A stretch of 64,000 bases of DNA from an uncultured Pseudomonadales bacterium (lineage in GTDB: Bacteria; Patescibacteriota; Microgenomatia; UBA1400; PJMF01), in contig CAYMSV010000003.1 of assembly GCA_964393205.1 (NCBI GenBank), forward strand, positions 98,608 to 162,607, written 5' to 3'. The notes under the pieces were generated by a model. That model was not told the origin of the DNA. It saw only the letters and a program-made list of their open reading frames with translations, and made no database searches. The position numbers were made by a program, and so were the translations under genes. Below are positions 18,124-27,217 of this stretch, one piece after another; position 1 is the first letter of the stretch; every line of letters begins with the position of its first letter.

Positions 18124-19322
18124 ATACTTTTAAAGTTGCCATCAGAGCCCTGTTGATAAATAAAGGGCGGACTTTTTTAACCACATTGGGAATTATTATT
18201 GGGGTAGCCTCAGTAGTGATGCTGACTGGTTTGGGTAGTGGTTTACAGTCTTATGTAACTGAACAATTTGAAAGCTTGGGAGCTAATACAGTTTTTGTTT
18301 CAATCGGTCAGGTTTTTTCTGAAGATGGCGGTTTTAATAGAGGTGGAATGGATCAATTTTTATCAGGTAATAAATTTACTTTGAGAGATATTGAGCGAGT
18401 TAAGAGACTGAGAACTTATGTTGATGAAATTACTTATTATTCTACCGGAATTGATAAAGCTAAATTTTTAGAGAAAGAAGTAAAGGTAACAATCTTAGGT
18501 ACACTGGCCAATTATCCAAAGGTTATTACTATAGACATCGAAAATGGTCGTTTTTTTAGTGAAAGTGAAGAGCGATCTGGAGAAAAAGTAGTGGTTTTGG
18601 GTCACAATGCAAAAGAAGAATTATTTGACAATTTAGACCCAGTAGGCAGAAAAGTTAGAATTGGTAATCAGCGCTTCACAGTTATTGGTGTAGCAGCTGA
18701 ACAAGGTAGCAGTTTTGGTGGTCCTAGCTTTGATGATTATGTTTATGCCCCTTATGAATTGGTTAGTAGAATTTATCAGCAAAATGGTTTAACTGAATTC
18801 TCAGTTAAAATAAAAGATAGTGATTTAATTCCAGATGCTATTAGTGCTATTGAGGAGGAATTAGAAAAAACTTTTGATGATGATGAATTTAGTGTTTTTG
18901 ATCAATCCCAATTACTCAGTACCATTAACAATATTTTGTCGATGCTAACTATTGCTTTAGGAGGTATCGCTGCCATTTCTTTGTTAGTAGGTGGTATTGG
19001 TATTATGAATATCATGTTAGTTTCGGTTTCTGAAAGAACTAGGGAAATTGGACTTCGCAAAGCTTTAGGAGCCACACCTAATCAAATTTTGTTACAGTTT
19101 TTAATTGAAGCAGCTTTACTTTCTGTTCTGGGAGGACTGATTGGTCTGCTTTTGGCAACTTTAGGTACACTAGCTATTCAATCTATTTTTCCAGCCAAAA
19201 TTACCCTCTCTGCAGTGCTACTAGCTTTTGGGGTATCAACAGCAGTGGGATTAATTTTTGGGGTAGCTCCAGCCAAAAGGGCAGCTAATTTGTCACCAAT
19301 TGAGGCGCTGAGGTCTGAATAG
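18114..19322 (+). CDS. ABC transporter permease (MacB/FtsX type)
   Basis: LTTLGIIIGVASV, GGIGIMNIMLVSVSERTREIGLRKALGA, PIEALRSE. Confidence 0.96.
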   Translation: MLLNTFKVAIRALLINKGRTFLTTLGIIIGVASVVMLTGLGSGLQSYVTEQFESLGANTVFVSIGQVFSEDGGFNRGGMDQFLSGNKFTLRDIERVKRLRTYVDEITYYSTGIDKAKFLEKEVKVTILGTLANYPKVITIDIENGRFFSESEERSGEKVVVLGHNAKEELFDNLDPVGRKVRIGNQRFTVIGVAAEQGSSFGGPSFDDYVYAPYELVSRIYQQNGLTEFSVKIKDSDLIPDAISAIEEELEKTFDDDEFSVFDQSQLLSTINNILSMLTIALGGIAAISLLVGGIGIMNIMLVSVSERTREIGLRKALGATPNQILLQFLIEAALLSVLGGLIGLLLATLGTLAIQSIFPAKITLSAVLLAFGVSTAVGLIFGVAPAKRAANLSPIEALRSE

Positions 19323-19326
19323 TTTT

Positions 19327-20451
19327 TTACTGTTGAATCATTTGACGATATTCATCGGCCATTGGTACTGAAAAATCATCTTTTATATCATCTAAGATCA
19401 CTGACCACATTGGTAGGGTCTTGGGAAAGTCACCGTTTGCATGGCTGATGGTAAAGATATTTTGCTCGTTACTGAAGAGTTTTTGTTCATAAGATTTAGA
19501 CATCTCATCTAAGGCTGCAAAAGCTGTTGGTTCATATATAGAGATTGTCCAAAGCATTGATTCATTATCAGCGCAAGCATAAGGGTCTTGGGGTTCATCA
19601 GTAAAACTAGCACCTTCGTCCAAAGTATAACAATAGCCATAAACTATAGTTTCTCCTTCACTGTCGGTAATGAGTTTACGCTGTTTTATGTATCGATAAG
19701 ATGGATCATCTAGATAATAACTAAAAGATGCATTTTCTGACTCACTATTTGCTATAAAGATCTTACCTTCTTTTTCAGTTGTCGACTGATCTTTGTCTGT
19801 TTGTAATTCTACTGGTGGTTTTGAATCTTCATCACTAGTTGATTTTAGTGCGAGGCTGTCAATTACTACGATGGAGTTTTGTTGAGTAGTAATATTAAGT
19901 AATTGTGAATATGAATAAAATTTATAATCTGGACCTAGAATTTCAGCATCAATTTCTGCTTCTAAACTTGGTTCGGTGTCAAGCAATTCGTTAATATCAG
20001 TAATGTTGGCTTGATCATAAAAACTACTTGGTTCTAGCTGAAGATAAACACCCTGGTTTTCTTCTATATCAAAGTTAAAATGTTGTCTAGCTATAAATTC
20101 TCCATCTTGGAAAATAAAAATTTCGTCAAGGTAAATATAGCGCCAATATTCTAGCTTTTCTCCGTCTTGAGTGGCGATTTTATAAGTTTGGGGTAAACCA
20201 AAATTAGCAATAACTCGCTCCTGATTTTCGCTATAAGCTGATTGTTTATTTTGATCTGTAAGAGCAAAGAAAATAATAGTTAATACAGCTATTATTAAAA
20301 TTAAAGCAATTAATAAGGATTTAAAAAATTTCTTTTTTGGTTTTTTATCAGGCATGACGGTGTCATCTAGTTTTTCTTCAGCCTGATTTATTTCAAGCTG
20401 ATCATTTTTTTCTTTAAGCTCAGGGCCTTGTTCTTTAGTCTGATTTTTCAT
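19327..20451 (-). CDS. Orphan acidic bitopic membrane protein
   Basis: Charged N-tail, one TM, very acidic extracellular part containing the SmpA/BLIP-like pattern FGLP..EYWRY..FIFQDG. Confidence 0.8.
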   Translation of the reverse strand: MKNQTKEQGPELKEKNDQLEINQAEEKLDDTVMPDKKPKKKFFKSLLIALILIIAVLTIIFFALTDQNKQSAYSENQERVIANFGLPQTYKIATQDGEKLEYWRYIYLDEIFIFQDGEFIARQHFNFDIEENQGVYLQLEPSSFYDQANITDINELLDTEPSLEAEIDAEILGPDYKFYSYSQLLNITTQQNSIVVIDSLALKSTSDEDSKPPVELQTDKDQSTTEKEGKIFIANSESENASFSYYLDDPSYRYIKQRKLITDSEGETIVYGYCYTLDEGASFTDEPQDPYACADNESMLWTISIYEPTAFAALDEMSKSYEQKLFSNEQNIFTISHANGDFPKTLPMWSVILDDIKDDFSVPMADEYRQMIQQ

Positions 20452-21725
20452 TAGTAACTCCCTTCCATAGTTCTCCAGTGAAAGAAACTAAAATAACCAT
20501 TAATTTTTCTATTTTCTTCATCTACAGTGCCATGAAAAGTGAAGCACTTGCTTAATACATCATCGTGCCAATTTCGTTTTTCTTTCCAATTCTTTATGTA
20601 TTGTTGAGGCGTAATAGATTTCATGTCTGTGGAATGGCCAACCATGCTTCCAGTGATTATTCCATTAAACTCTTTAGTTTGTGGATCAAAAGTGCCATCA
20701 AGCTCAAAGTTTATATCAGTATCACTTCCACCTATTAATGTGACCCCCGCCATTGTTCCACTCACACTATTGTCTGGATTAATGACAAGTGAGGCACGAA
20801 CATTTGTGGTTTCTTTATGAGCGAAAGCATCCCATTGGCGGATAAAAGCTACATAGGTATAACCATGTTTTCTCCAAGCATCATAATGACTATCATCACC
20901 ATCTGCTCGAGTCCAATTAATTTTAATTTCTTGTCCATGGACATTCAGATCTTTTAAGAAATCCAAACCAACTCCCGACTTAGGATCGGAAACCAAATCT
21001 TGAGTTTTATTTGCTTGCTGGGGAGAGTCGGGTTTAGCCTGATTGTTGTCTGCTAGAACGGCTGTATCTGCTAATTGCTGAGCTAAATCAGGATTTGTAT
21101 CCACTAGCTCTGCTATTTGATTATCTAGTTGGGTTGAATCGGTATTTCCTGGCTGCTCATTTCCGTACCAAGAATTTAATTCAGCCATTTCTTTATCCAA
21201 TCCCTTGGCTCTTTTGGCTAATTGCCTGGCTTGCAAAATTAAAATTTGCACATCCAAGGCATCTCCTGCTTGAGCAGCAGCACTCCAGTTTTCCATAGGA
21301 GCGTTACCCAATGTATCACTTAATGATTTATTGCCAATTACTTGATCGGCTGCAGTTTCACCTATACCTACAGCATTAGTTACGACCTCTCCAAGTTTGC
21401 CTACGCCGCCAACTCCAGCCACCAAGCCCTTAGCTAGACCAGCTACTTCGTTTCTTAATGAACTAGTATAAGCTTGATTATTTAATTCAGTCATTCTGTC
21501 GGCCACTTGCTGTAGTTTAGCTGCACTAGTCATCATTTCTGCTTGGTTTTCTGACGATGATAGAGCTTTTTGTTGAAGCAGTTGCTGAGTTTCTCGCATG
21601 TTGGCAATCGAGTCATTAATCATGGCTTTATCATGAATAGTGCCTGCTACATTAGCTCCTGTATTAACCAAGCCAAAAATAGAGGCTGTGGTGGCGATGA
21701 TGGCCAGTGCTCCTGAGATAACCAT
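20451..21725 (-). CDS. Orphan protein: helical, Gly/Ala-rich N-half and beta-rich C-domain
   Basis: 424-aa ORF with AAAGGA SD, own extended -10, and TAATG coupling to the next gene. Confidence 0.8.
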   Translation of the reverse strand: MVISGALAIIATTASIFGLVNTGANVAGTIHDKAMINDSIANMRETQQLLQQKALSSSENQAEMMTSAAKLQQVADRMTELNNQAYTSSLRNEVAGLAKGLVAGVGGVGKLGEVVTNAVGIGETAADQVIGNKSLSDTLGNAPMENWSAAAQAGDALDVQILILQARQLAKRAKGLDKEMAELNSWYGNEQPGNTDSTQLDNQIAELVDTNPDLAQQLADTAVLADNNQAKPDSPQQANKTQDLVSDPKSGVGLDFLKDLNVHGQEIKINWTRADGDDSHYDAWRKHGYTYVAFIRQWDAFAHKETTNVRASLVINPDNSVSGTMAGVTLIGGSDTDINFELDGTFDPQTKEFNGIITGSMVGHSTDMKSITPQQYIKNWKEKRNWHDDVLSKCFTFHGTVDEENRKINGYFSFFHWRTMEGSY

Positions 21726-21762
21726 ATAAATCCTTTTTCAATAAAAATAAAAAGATATTTTT

Positions 21763-21771
21763 ACTATAGCA
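21763..21771 (-). promoter_or_regulatory. Extended -10 (TGCTATAGT) for the 21725-19327 operon
   Basis: TGnTAnnnT on the minus strand, about 37 nt upstream of the ATG. Confidence 0.45.
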
Positions 21772-21865
21772 GAAATTAAATACAGATTAAATTATTTAAA
21801 ATAATAGATTTGGAGATTCTGAAATGAAGTTTATTAAGTGAGTTTATTGATAGTTAATTGCGCTG

Positions 21866-21937
21866 TGACCTCATGGGGAATCGAACCCCAGTTATCGGGA
21901 TGAGAACCCGATGTCCTAACCACTAGACGATGAGGCC
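21866..21937 (-). tRNA. tRNA-Glu (anticodon CTC), CCA not encoded
   Basis: Cloverleaf: acceptor GGCCTCA/TGAGGTC, anticodon arm TCGGG-TTCTCAT-CCCGA, T arm GTTCGATTC. Confidence 0.95.
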
Positions 21938-22023
21938 AGTTTGTTACCTCTGGATTATACAAATTTTATTAGTTTTTGTAAACGTCAGCGATGATGTCAT
22001 TTTTCTTTTAGAAAATATGTTTA

Positions 22024-22980
22024 ATGAGTTTTCTAAAAATTAGTTTCACTTTTTTGATCACATATTTAATCATCGGTTTGCCAATCCAGGCTCGAGAAAT
22101 AAACTTTACTCTTGAAAACAATAGTGTTGGTTTTAGACAAATAGATAATTTTTTTGCAAAAACAAAGTTTGTAGCTCAGGAAAAAGTTTCTCAAGAAGAA
22201 TTTTATTTAATTAATCAAAATAATAAATTTTTACTACGAGAAGTATTCAATTCAAGCCAGTTTATTAAAATTCATAGTCTTTATTTGCTGGCTTTGCCCA
22301 GAAAAGAGGCTTTAGCTGCTTTGAGTTTTGAATATTTACTGGAGAGCAATGAAAATTTATTGCGTTTTGATGAGCCAGTTTTTTATGTTGTTTTGCGAAA
22401 AGAGAGCTTGAGTGAGGTGATTTTTGCAAAAACGATAAAACAGTCGGGATTTTCTTGGAACAAAGTTGTTTTGGATTTAAAAAATTATGATACTCGTGAG
22501 GCGGATTTGGTTTTCTATGTTGGTAATTTGGGAGATGAAGAAAAACCAAGCACTGTATATTTAAGAAATCTAAGCTCACAAATTATTATTTTAGAGCCTA
22601 GTGACTATTTGCTAATTGAAGATCAAGAGCTTAAAAAATTAAGCAAGTATATAGAGAAAGGATCTATTGATTTTTTTGATCAAACTTGGCCAATTTATAC
22701 TTTTTCTACTCATTTGATTGATGACTTGATGGCCATTAGAGAAAGTGATGGCAGTTTGACCTTGAGCTTTTCAATACCTAAGGAAGATTATTTCAAAAAC
22801 TCTTTGTGGAAACTTAGCTGTGGCAATGGATTAGATAGATTTATTAGTCAGAATAATTTTTATTTATTACCCGATTTAGTTATTAGAGATTTTTGGCCAA
22901 ACTTAACTGAAAAAGTTTTAATCAATGTTCAAGATTTTGTTTGCACTGATTTAAGTTTATTAAATTTGGAGAGATTTTGA
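22024..22980 (+). CDS. Secreted hypothetical protein (beta-rich)
   Basis: Signal peptide ending IQA, beta-strand pattern WNKVVLDL..LVFYVGN.GD..PSTVYL. Confidence 0.75.
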   Translation: MSFLKISFTFLITYLIIGLPIQAREINFTLENNSVGFRQIDNFFAKTKFVAQEKVSQEEFYLINQNNKFLLREVFNSSQFIKIHSLYLLALPRKEALAALSFEYLLESNENLLRFDEPVFYVVLRKESLSEVIFAKTIKQSGFSWNKVVLDLKNYDTREADLVFYVGNLGDEEKPSTVYLRNLSSQIIILEPSDYLLIEDQELKKLSKYIEKGSIDFFDQTWPIYTFSTHLIDDLMAIRESDGSLTLSFSIPKEDYFKNSLWKLSCGNGLDRFISQNNFYLLPDLVIRDFWPNLTEKVLINVQDFVCTDLSLLNLERF

Positions 22981-23606
22981 TGTTATTTACTCATAAATTA
23001 GTTATTGATTGTGGATTAAGCGGTGACTTTAATTGTCAATTAAATCAAGACTCTCTGGAACAAATCAAAGTTAGAACTCATAGCACCCCTGCTCAATATA
23101 ATTATTATCTACTTATTAACAATCATCTTCAAGAAAGCTGTCGGGTTGTTTTGCAGCCTCAAATAAGAAATCAAGAATATGTTGCTTTATGGTCGAAAAT
23201 TTATTTAAAAATTTTTTATCAAAAACTTCAGTTATTTAATAATGACTTATCTAATTTTTTTTCAAAAAAAATAGATTTTTTAACTCTAGAGGCAAAGAGC
23301 TCAAAACTATATCGTTTGGAATTTTATTTAGCAGAATTAAGTGAAGAATTTGAAATTAATTTTGATTTGAATTTTATTTTTAATTGTCAAGAAAAAAACT
23401 TAAAAAATCAGAAAAATAAGTCTGAAGTTTTGGCTGCGCAAAGTCAAAATTTTCAGGAAAGCACAATAGAGCCTTTAATTGGGGTGCAAGACAACTTATT
23501 TCAAGAAAAAAACCAACTACTTTTTATTTTAATAACTTTCTTATTAGTTTTATTAATTACTTGTTTGTTTTGGATTTTGAAGATTAAGAAATTTAAAAAA
23601 TATTAA
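22980..23606 (+). CDS. Hypothetical protein with C-terminal TM anchor; degenerate TasA-like domain
   Basis: TGATG overlap and GGAGAG SD. Shares the FDLNF strand with the downstream gene. C-terminal TM followed by KIKKFKKY. Confidence 0.7.
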   Translation: MLFTHKLVIDCGLSGDFNCQLNQDSLEQIKVRTHSTPAQYNYYLLINNHLQESCRVVLQPQIRNQEYVALWSKIYLKIFYQKLQLFNNDLSNFFSKKIDFLTLEAKSSKLYRLEFYLAELSEEFEINFDLNFIFNCQEKNLKNQKNKSEVLAAQSQNFQESTIEPLIGVQDNLFQEKNQLLFILITFLLVLLITCLFWILKIKKFKKY

Positions 23607-23629
23607 TTAGCTCAAAGAAAGGCATCTCT

Positions 23630-24229
23630 ATGAGCAAAAGAAAAAATATTAGAAAACTAGTGTTAGGGGTTTTTGTGGCCAGCGCATTAGTTTTTGGAGC
23701 ACTACATTTGTCTCGAGCTTTATTTTCAGATGTAGAAACTCTTAAAGATAATACTGCTGGAGCAGCTAGTGTTAATTTAATGTTAGGGGGTCAAGATCCC
23801 ACTCAAGTGAGTTTTAATATGCCTAATATTATTCCTGGGGAACCACAGCGCTCTAGTATAGCTGTAACAGATATTGGAACTGGGGCTGATTTTAACGAAA
23901 ACTTATATATTGGCTTGGTTGTAACTGATAGTGATGAGGGTATTAATTCTGAGGCTGAAACAGACACGGAGGGAGAAGGAGAGCTAGCTGATTGTTTAAT
24001 GATGAGGGTTAGTTATATGGACGGGGCTAACGAAGTAGAGGTTCAGCCTTATACTAGTTTTCCAGTTTTGGAAGGAATGTTTATTGATGAAGAGAATTTT
24101 TCTCCATTAGACAATCGTTTACAGATTACCTCAGTCAATCTTAATCTTGATTTTAGTGCTGACGCTTGTGGTAATGAAGCAATGGGAGATACTGTTACCT
24201 TTGATTTAAATTTTTACTACGAGCAATAA
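23630..24229 (+). CDS. TasA/CalY-like protein with SipW-class signal peptide
   Basis: Basic n-region and h-region followed by SRALFSDVET..NT..AASVNL, NIIPGE, NEAMGDTVTFDLNF. Confidence 0.8.
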   Translation: MSKRKNIRKLVLGVFVASALVFGALHLSRALFSDVETLKDNTAGAASVNLMLGGQDPTQVSFNMPNIIPGEPQRSSIAVTDIGTGADFNENLYIGLVVTDSDEGINSEAETDTEGEGELADCLMMRVSYMDGANEVEVQPYTSFPVLEGMFIDEENFSPLDNRLQITSVNLNLDFSADACGNEAMGDTVTFDLNFYYEQ

Positions 24230-24253
24230 AAAGCTAGGCGAGTTAAGCAATGC

Positions 24254-24282
24254 TTGCTTGACTCGCTAAACTTTGTCATAAT
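24254..24282 (+). promoter_or_regulatory. Sigma70-type promoter (TTGCTT-17-CATAAT, TGn extended)
   Basis: TTGCTT at 24254-24259, 17-nt spacer, TGT-CATAAT at 24274-24282. Confidence 0.45.
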
Positions 24283-24295
24283 GTTTAAGACTTAT

Positions 24296-25303
24296 ATGCC
24301 TAAGGCTAAAAAAAGACGATCTTCTCGTTCCCTCCGTCGTCGTAAAAAAACTACATTTAAGAACTATTTAAACAACTTATTTTTTCCTGGAAAAAAGAAT
24401 CGTTATCGTCCACAACTTCTTCATCCAGAGTCTTTAATGATTGTTTCTTTTTTAGTTTTAGCAGTTTTTGCTTTATTTAATGCCATCCGATTTTTTCCGA
24501 GCTTAGCTGATAAAATTTTGGGTTTTGCTACCAATATTGATGTTAATCAAGTATTAATATCAACTAATGAGGAAAGAGCTAAAATTGGCCTACCCCCTTT
24601 ACAAATCAATGAAAAACTTAATCAAGCTGCAGTAGCCAAAGCCCAACATATGTTTAGTGAACAATATTGGGCACACAGTTCACCAAGTGGTTTACAGCCA
24701 TGGAGTTTCATAAAAAATGCTGGTTATGTTTATAAATATGCTGGAGAAAATTTAGCGAGAGATTTTGATACTACTGGAGAAATGGTAGTAGCTTGGATGA
24801 ACTCTCCTACTCATAAGGAAAATATTATTAACCCCAATTTTACTCAAATAGGCTTAGCTGTAGTTAATGGTACTCTCAATGGTTTTAACACTACTTTGGT
24901 AGTGCAGATGTTTGCTACTCCGGGAGCTGTTGAAGTGCAAAAAACGGCACAAGGAGAATCATTTACCCTGCCATCAATGGCTGATAGTTCCGTTAATGAA
25001 TTGCCTGAGGAAAAACCAGATATAAGCGTGATGGAGTCTGAATTAGCAGAAGCAGAAGATTTAGGTTTAGTTGAGGGAGAAAGAACAGCAAGTGGCAAAA
25101 TATTATTTTCACCAGTTTATTTGACTAAAACCTTTTTCTTATTAATAGTGGCTTTAATTATTTTAACTTTAATTTACGATTCATTTATTTCCAATAATCG
25201 ACGTTATGAGCGAATTGTTGGACAAAATTTTGCTCACATTATGTTTTTTTTAACGGTGGGTTTTCTACTAATTTTATTTCGGGGAGGAAGTATTATTCCA
25301 TAA
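24296..25303 (+). CDS. Membrane-bound CAP (SCP) domain protein
   Basis: TNEERAK.GL..L, KAQHM, YWAHSSP, AGENLA, WMNSPTHKENI; N-terminal TM and two C-terminal TMs. Confidence 0.9.
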   Translation: MPKAKKRRSSRSLRRRKKTTFKNYLNNLFFPGKKNRYRPQLLHPESLMIVSFLVLAVFALFNAIRFFPSLADKILGFATNIDVNQVLISTNEERAKIGLPPLQINEKLNQAAVAKAQHMFSEQYWAHSSPSGLQPWSFIKNAGYVYKYAGENLARDFDTTGEMVVAWMNSPTHKENIINPNFTQIGLAVVNGTLNGFNTTLVVQMFATPGAVEVQKTAQGESFTLPSMADSSVNELPEEKPDISVMESELAEAEDLGLVEGERTASGKILFSPVYLTKTFFLLIVALIILTLIYDSFISNNRRYERIVGQNFAHIMFFLTVGFLLILFRGGSIIP

Positions 25304-25306
25304 TTA

Positions 25307-25564
25307 ATGCCAAAATTACTTAAAAAACACCGTTTTGCATATTTAATTCTTTTTCTGGCATTATTAAGTTTTGCTTTCTTTTTTTCTCGTTTTTGGCCAA
25401 ATAAAATATTGCAACGTTATTTAGCGGTAGCAATGGGCGTCTTTTATTTTTTTTGGGGAGTAATTACACATGTTAAGAGTACAAAAATTACCAGTGAAAT
25501 TGTTTTTGAGTATTTGGCCATATCAATGTTGGCTGTTTTATTATTAATTTTAATTACTCTTTAA
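25307..25564 (+). CDS. Small membrane protein (3 TM)
   Basis: 85 aa, hydrophobic, YFFWGVITH...IVFEY. Confidence 0.75.
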   Translation: MPKLLKKHRFAYLILFLALLSFAFFFSRFWPNKILQRYLAVAMGVFYFFWGVITHVKSTKITSEIVFEYLAISMLAVLLLILITL

Positions 25565-25611
25565 AGTTTGATTTTATGATAAGATGCTGATGAAAAAAAT
25601 AGAGAGGCAGT

Positions 25612-26343
25612 ATGACTAAAAAAAACATGAAAGGTATAATTTTAGCTGGAGGCAGTGGCACTCGTTTGTCTCCATTGACCAAGGTAACCAGTAAACAGCT
25701 ATTGCCAATTTACGATCGACCAATGATTCATTTTCCCTTAGAAACTTTGCGTCGAGCAGGAATTACTGACTTTTTATTTATTATTGCTCCAGATCACGCT
25801 GGAGACTTTTTAAAATATTTGGGAAGTGGTAAAGAATTTGGCTGTCATTTTTCTTATGAAATTCAAGATCAGCCTCAAGGAATAGCTCAAGCTTTTCAAA
25901 TTGGTGAAGATTTTCTTGATGATGACAATGTTACTCTTATTTTGGGAGACAATTTATTTGAGGATGATTTTTCTCAAGCGATTCAAAGCTTTGAAAAAGG
26001 AGGTAGAATTTTTGCTAAAAAAGTGCTTGATCCAGAGAGGTTTGGAGTGGTGGAGTTTGATGAAAATAATCGTGCTATCTCTATTGAAGAAAAACCTAAA
26101 GATCCAAAATCAGAATATTGTGTAACTGGTATTTATATTTATGACAACACTGTTGTTGACAAAGTTAACACTCTAAAATTTTCTGATAGGGGTGAGCTAG
26201 AGATTACTGATTTGAATAATTTATATTTAAAGGAGGGCAGTTTGGACGTAGCTTTTGTTGAGGGTTCTTGGTTTGATACAGGAACTTTTGAATCTATGTA
26301 TGCTGCAACTCAATTTGCTAGAGAAAAGCGCTTAAAAAAATAA
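25612..26343 (+). CDS. rfbA: Glucose-1-phosphate thymidylyltransferase (short RmlA/SpsI type)
   Basis: GIILAGGSGTRL, SKQLLPIYD.PMI, LGDN, EEKP, RGELEITD, WFDTGT. Confidence 0.9.
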   Translation: MTKKNMKGIILAGGSGTRLSPLTKVTSKQLLPIYDRPMIHFPLETLRRAGITDFLFIIAPDHAGDFLKYLGSGKEFGCHFSYEIQDQPQGIAQAFQIGEDFLDDDNVTLILGDNLFEDDFSQAIQSFEKGGRIFAKKVLDPERFGVVEFDENNRAISIEEKPKDPKSEYCVTGIYIYDNTVVDKVNTLKFSDRGELEITDLNNLYLKEGSLDVAFVEGSWFDTGTFESMYAATQFAREKRLKK

Positions 26344-26361
26344 TTTTAATTAAAAATAAAA

Positions 26362-27213
26362 ATGCAAAAAACTATAAATATTAAAAAAATAATTTTAATT
26401 AATTTATGTTTATTTTTTGTATTTTTTAGTTTTTTCTCTTTAAAAACTAGTTTGGTTAGGGCTGAAACAGAATCAGCGCCTAAAACCGACTTAATTTGGC
26501 AAAAAGAAAGACTTGAGGCTGAAATTCTAAATGCTCGTCAAAAGTATAGGGAGAGCCTGGAAGCCTATCGGAGTCAAGAGAGGCTTTATAACATAGCTTA
26601 TGATCAATATTCTTCTCTAAAAACTTTAGCTGCCCTAGAAGATTTAGTTCTAAAAACTAAAGCGGTACTTATTATTCGAGATGAAGTATTAATTAATTAT
26701 TTAGAATTACTAAAACTAAATCTTTACGCTAGTGAGGGAGTGGAGCTGTCCGTTAAAAGTAAATATTTAGATCTTTTAGATGAAAAAATTGCTGACTTAA
26801 AAAAACACAAAGAAGTATTGGAGAGTAAAACTGATCAGAGTGGAGTTCAAAGTAGTTTAGATGATTTTTCAAAGTTTGCAGACTTAGATAAACTCAGTCA
26901 ACAAATCTTAGCTCTATTAGCTATTTCTCGTTTACAGAGAATTTACGATTTAGCGATCCCTCTTAAAAAAGATATTGATACATTTCTAGCTGTGGAAGAA
27001 AATGATAAACTCAGTCCTTTATTTAGAGCTTCTGCAGAAACAGATAAAAGTTTAAATCAAGCACAAAATAACTTAAATATCCTTTGGGAAAAGTCTAATA
27101 AAGCTAATTCCTTAGAGGCTATATATCGTAACTTAACTAGAGACTTGAATCCGGCCTATATTAATTTATCTCAATCATTAGCTTACTTAAAGGAATTACT
27201 GGATTTTAATTAA
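26362..27213 (+). CDS. Secreted all-helical hypothetical protein
   Basis: Signal peptide ending VRA, coiled-coil heptads throughout. Confidence 0.8.
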   Translation: MQKTINIKKIILINLCLFFVFFSFFSLKTSLVRAETESAPKTDLIWQKERLEAEILNARQKYRESLEAYRSQERLYNIAYDQYSSLKTLAALEDLVLKTKAVLIIRDEVLINYLELLKLNLYASEGVELSVKSKYLDLLDEKIADLKKHKEVLESKTDQSGVQSSLDDFSKFADLDKLSQQILALLAISRLQRIYDLAIPLKKDIDTFLAVEENDKLSPLFRASAETDKSLNQAQNNLNILWEKSNKANSLEAIYRNLTRDLNPAYINLSQSLAYLKELLDFN

Positions 27214-27217
27214 ACCT

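Noticed and set aside
19309-19315. TGAGGTC matching the tRNA-Glu 3' acceptor strand, a possible att site bounding the islet
   Set aside because: Only 7 bp, inverted rather than direct relative to the tRNA, and inside the conserved ALRSE end of the permease; no integrase nearby.
22024-23606. Possible single gene split by a frameshift (22024-22980 plus 22980-23606)
   Set aside because: The junction is a standard TGATG coupling with a GGAGAG SD; no slippery run or other sign of a broken gene.
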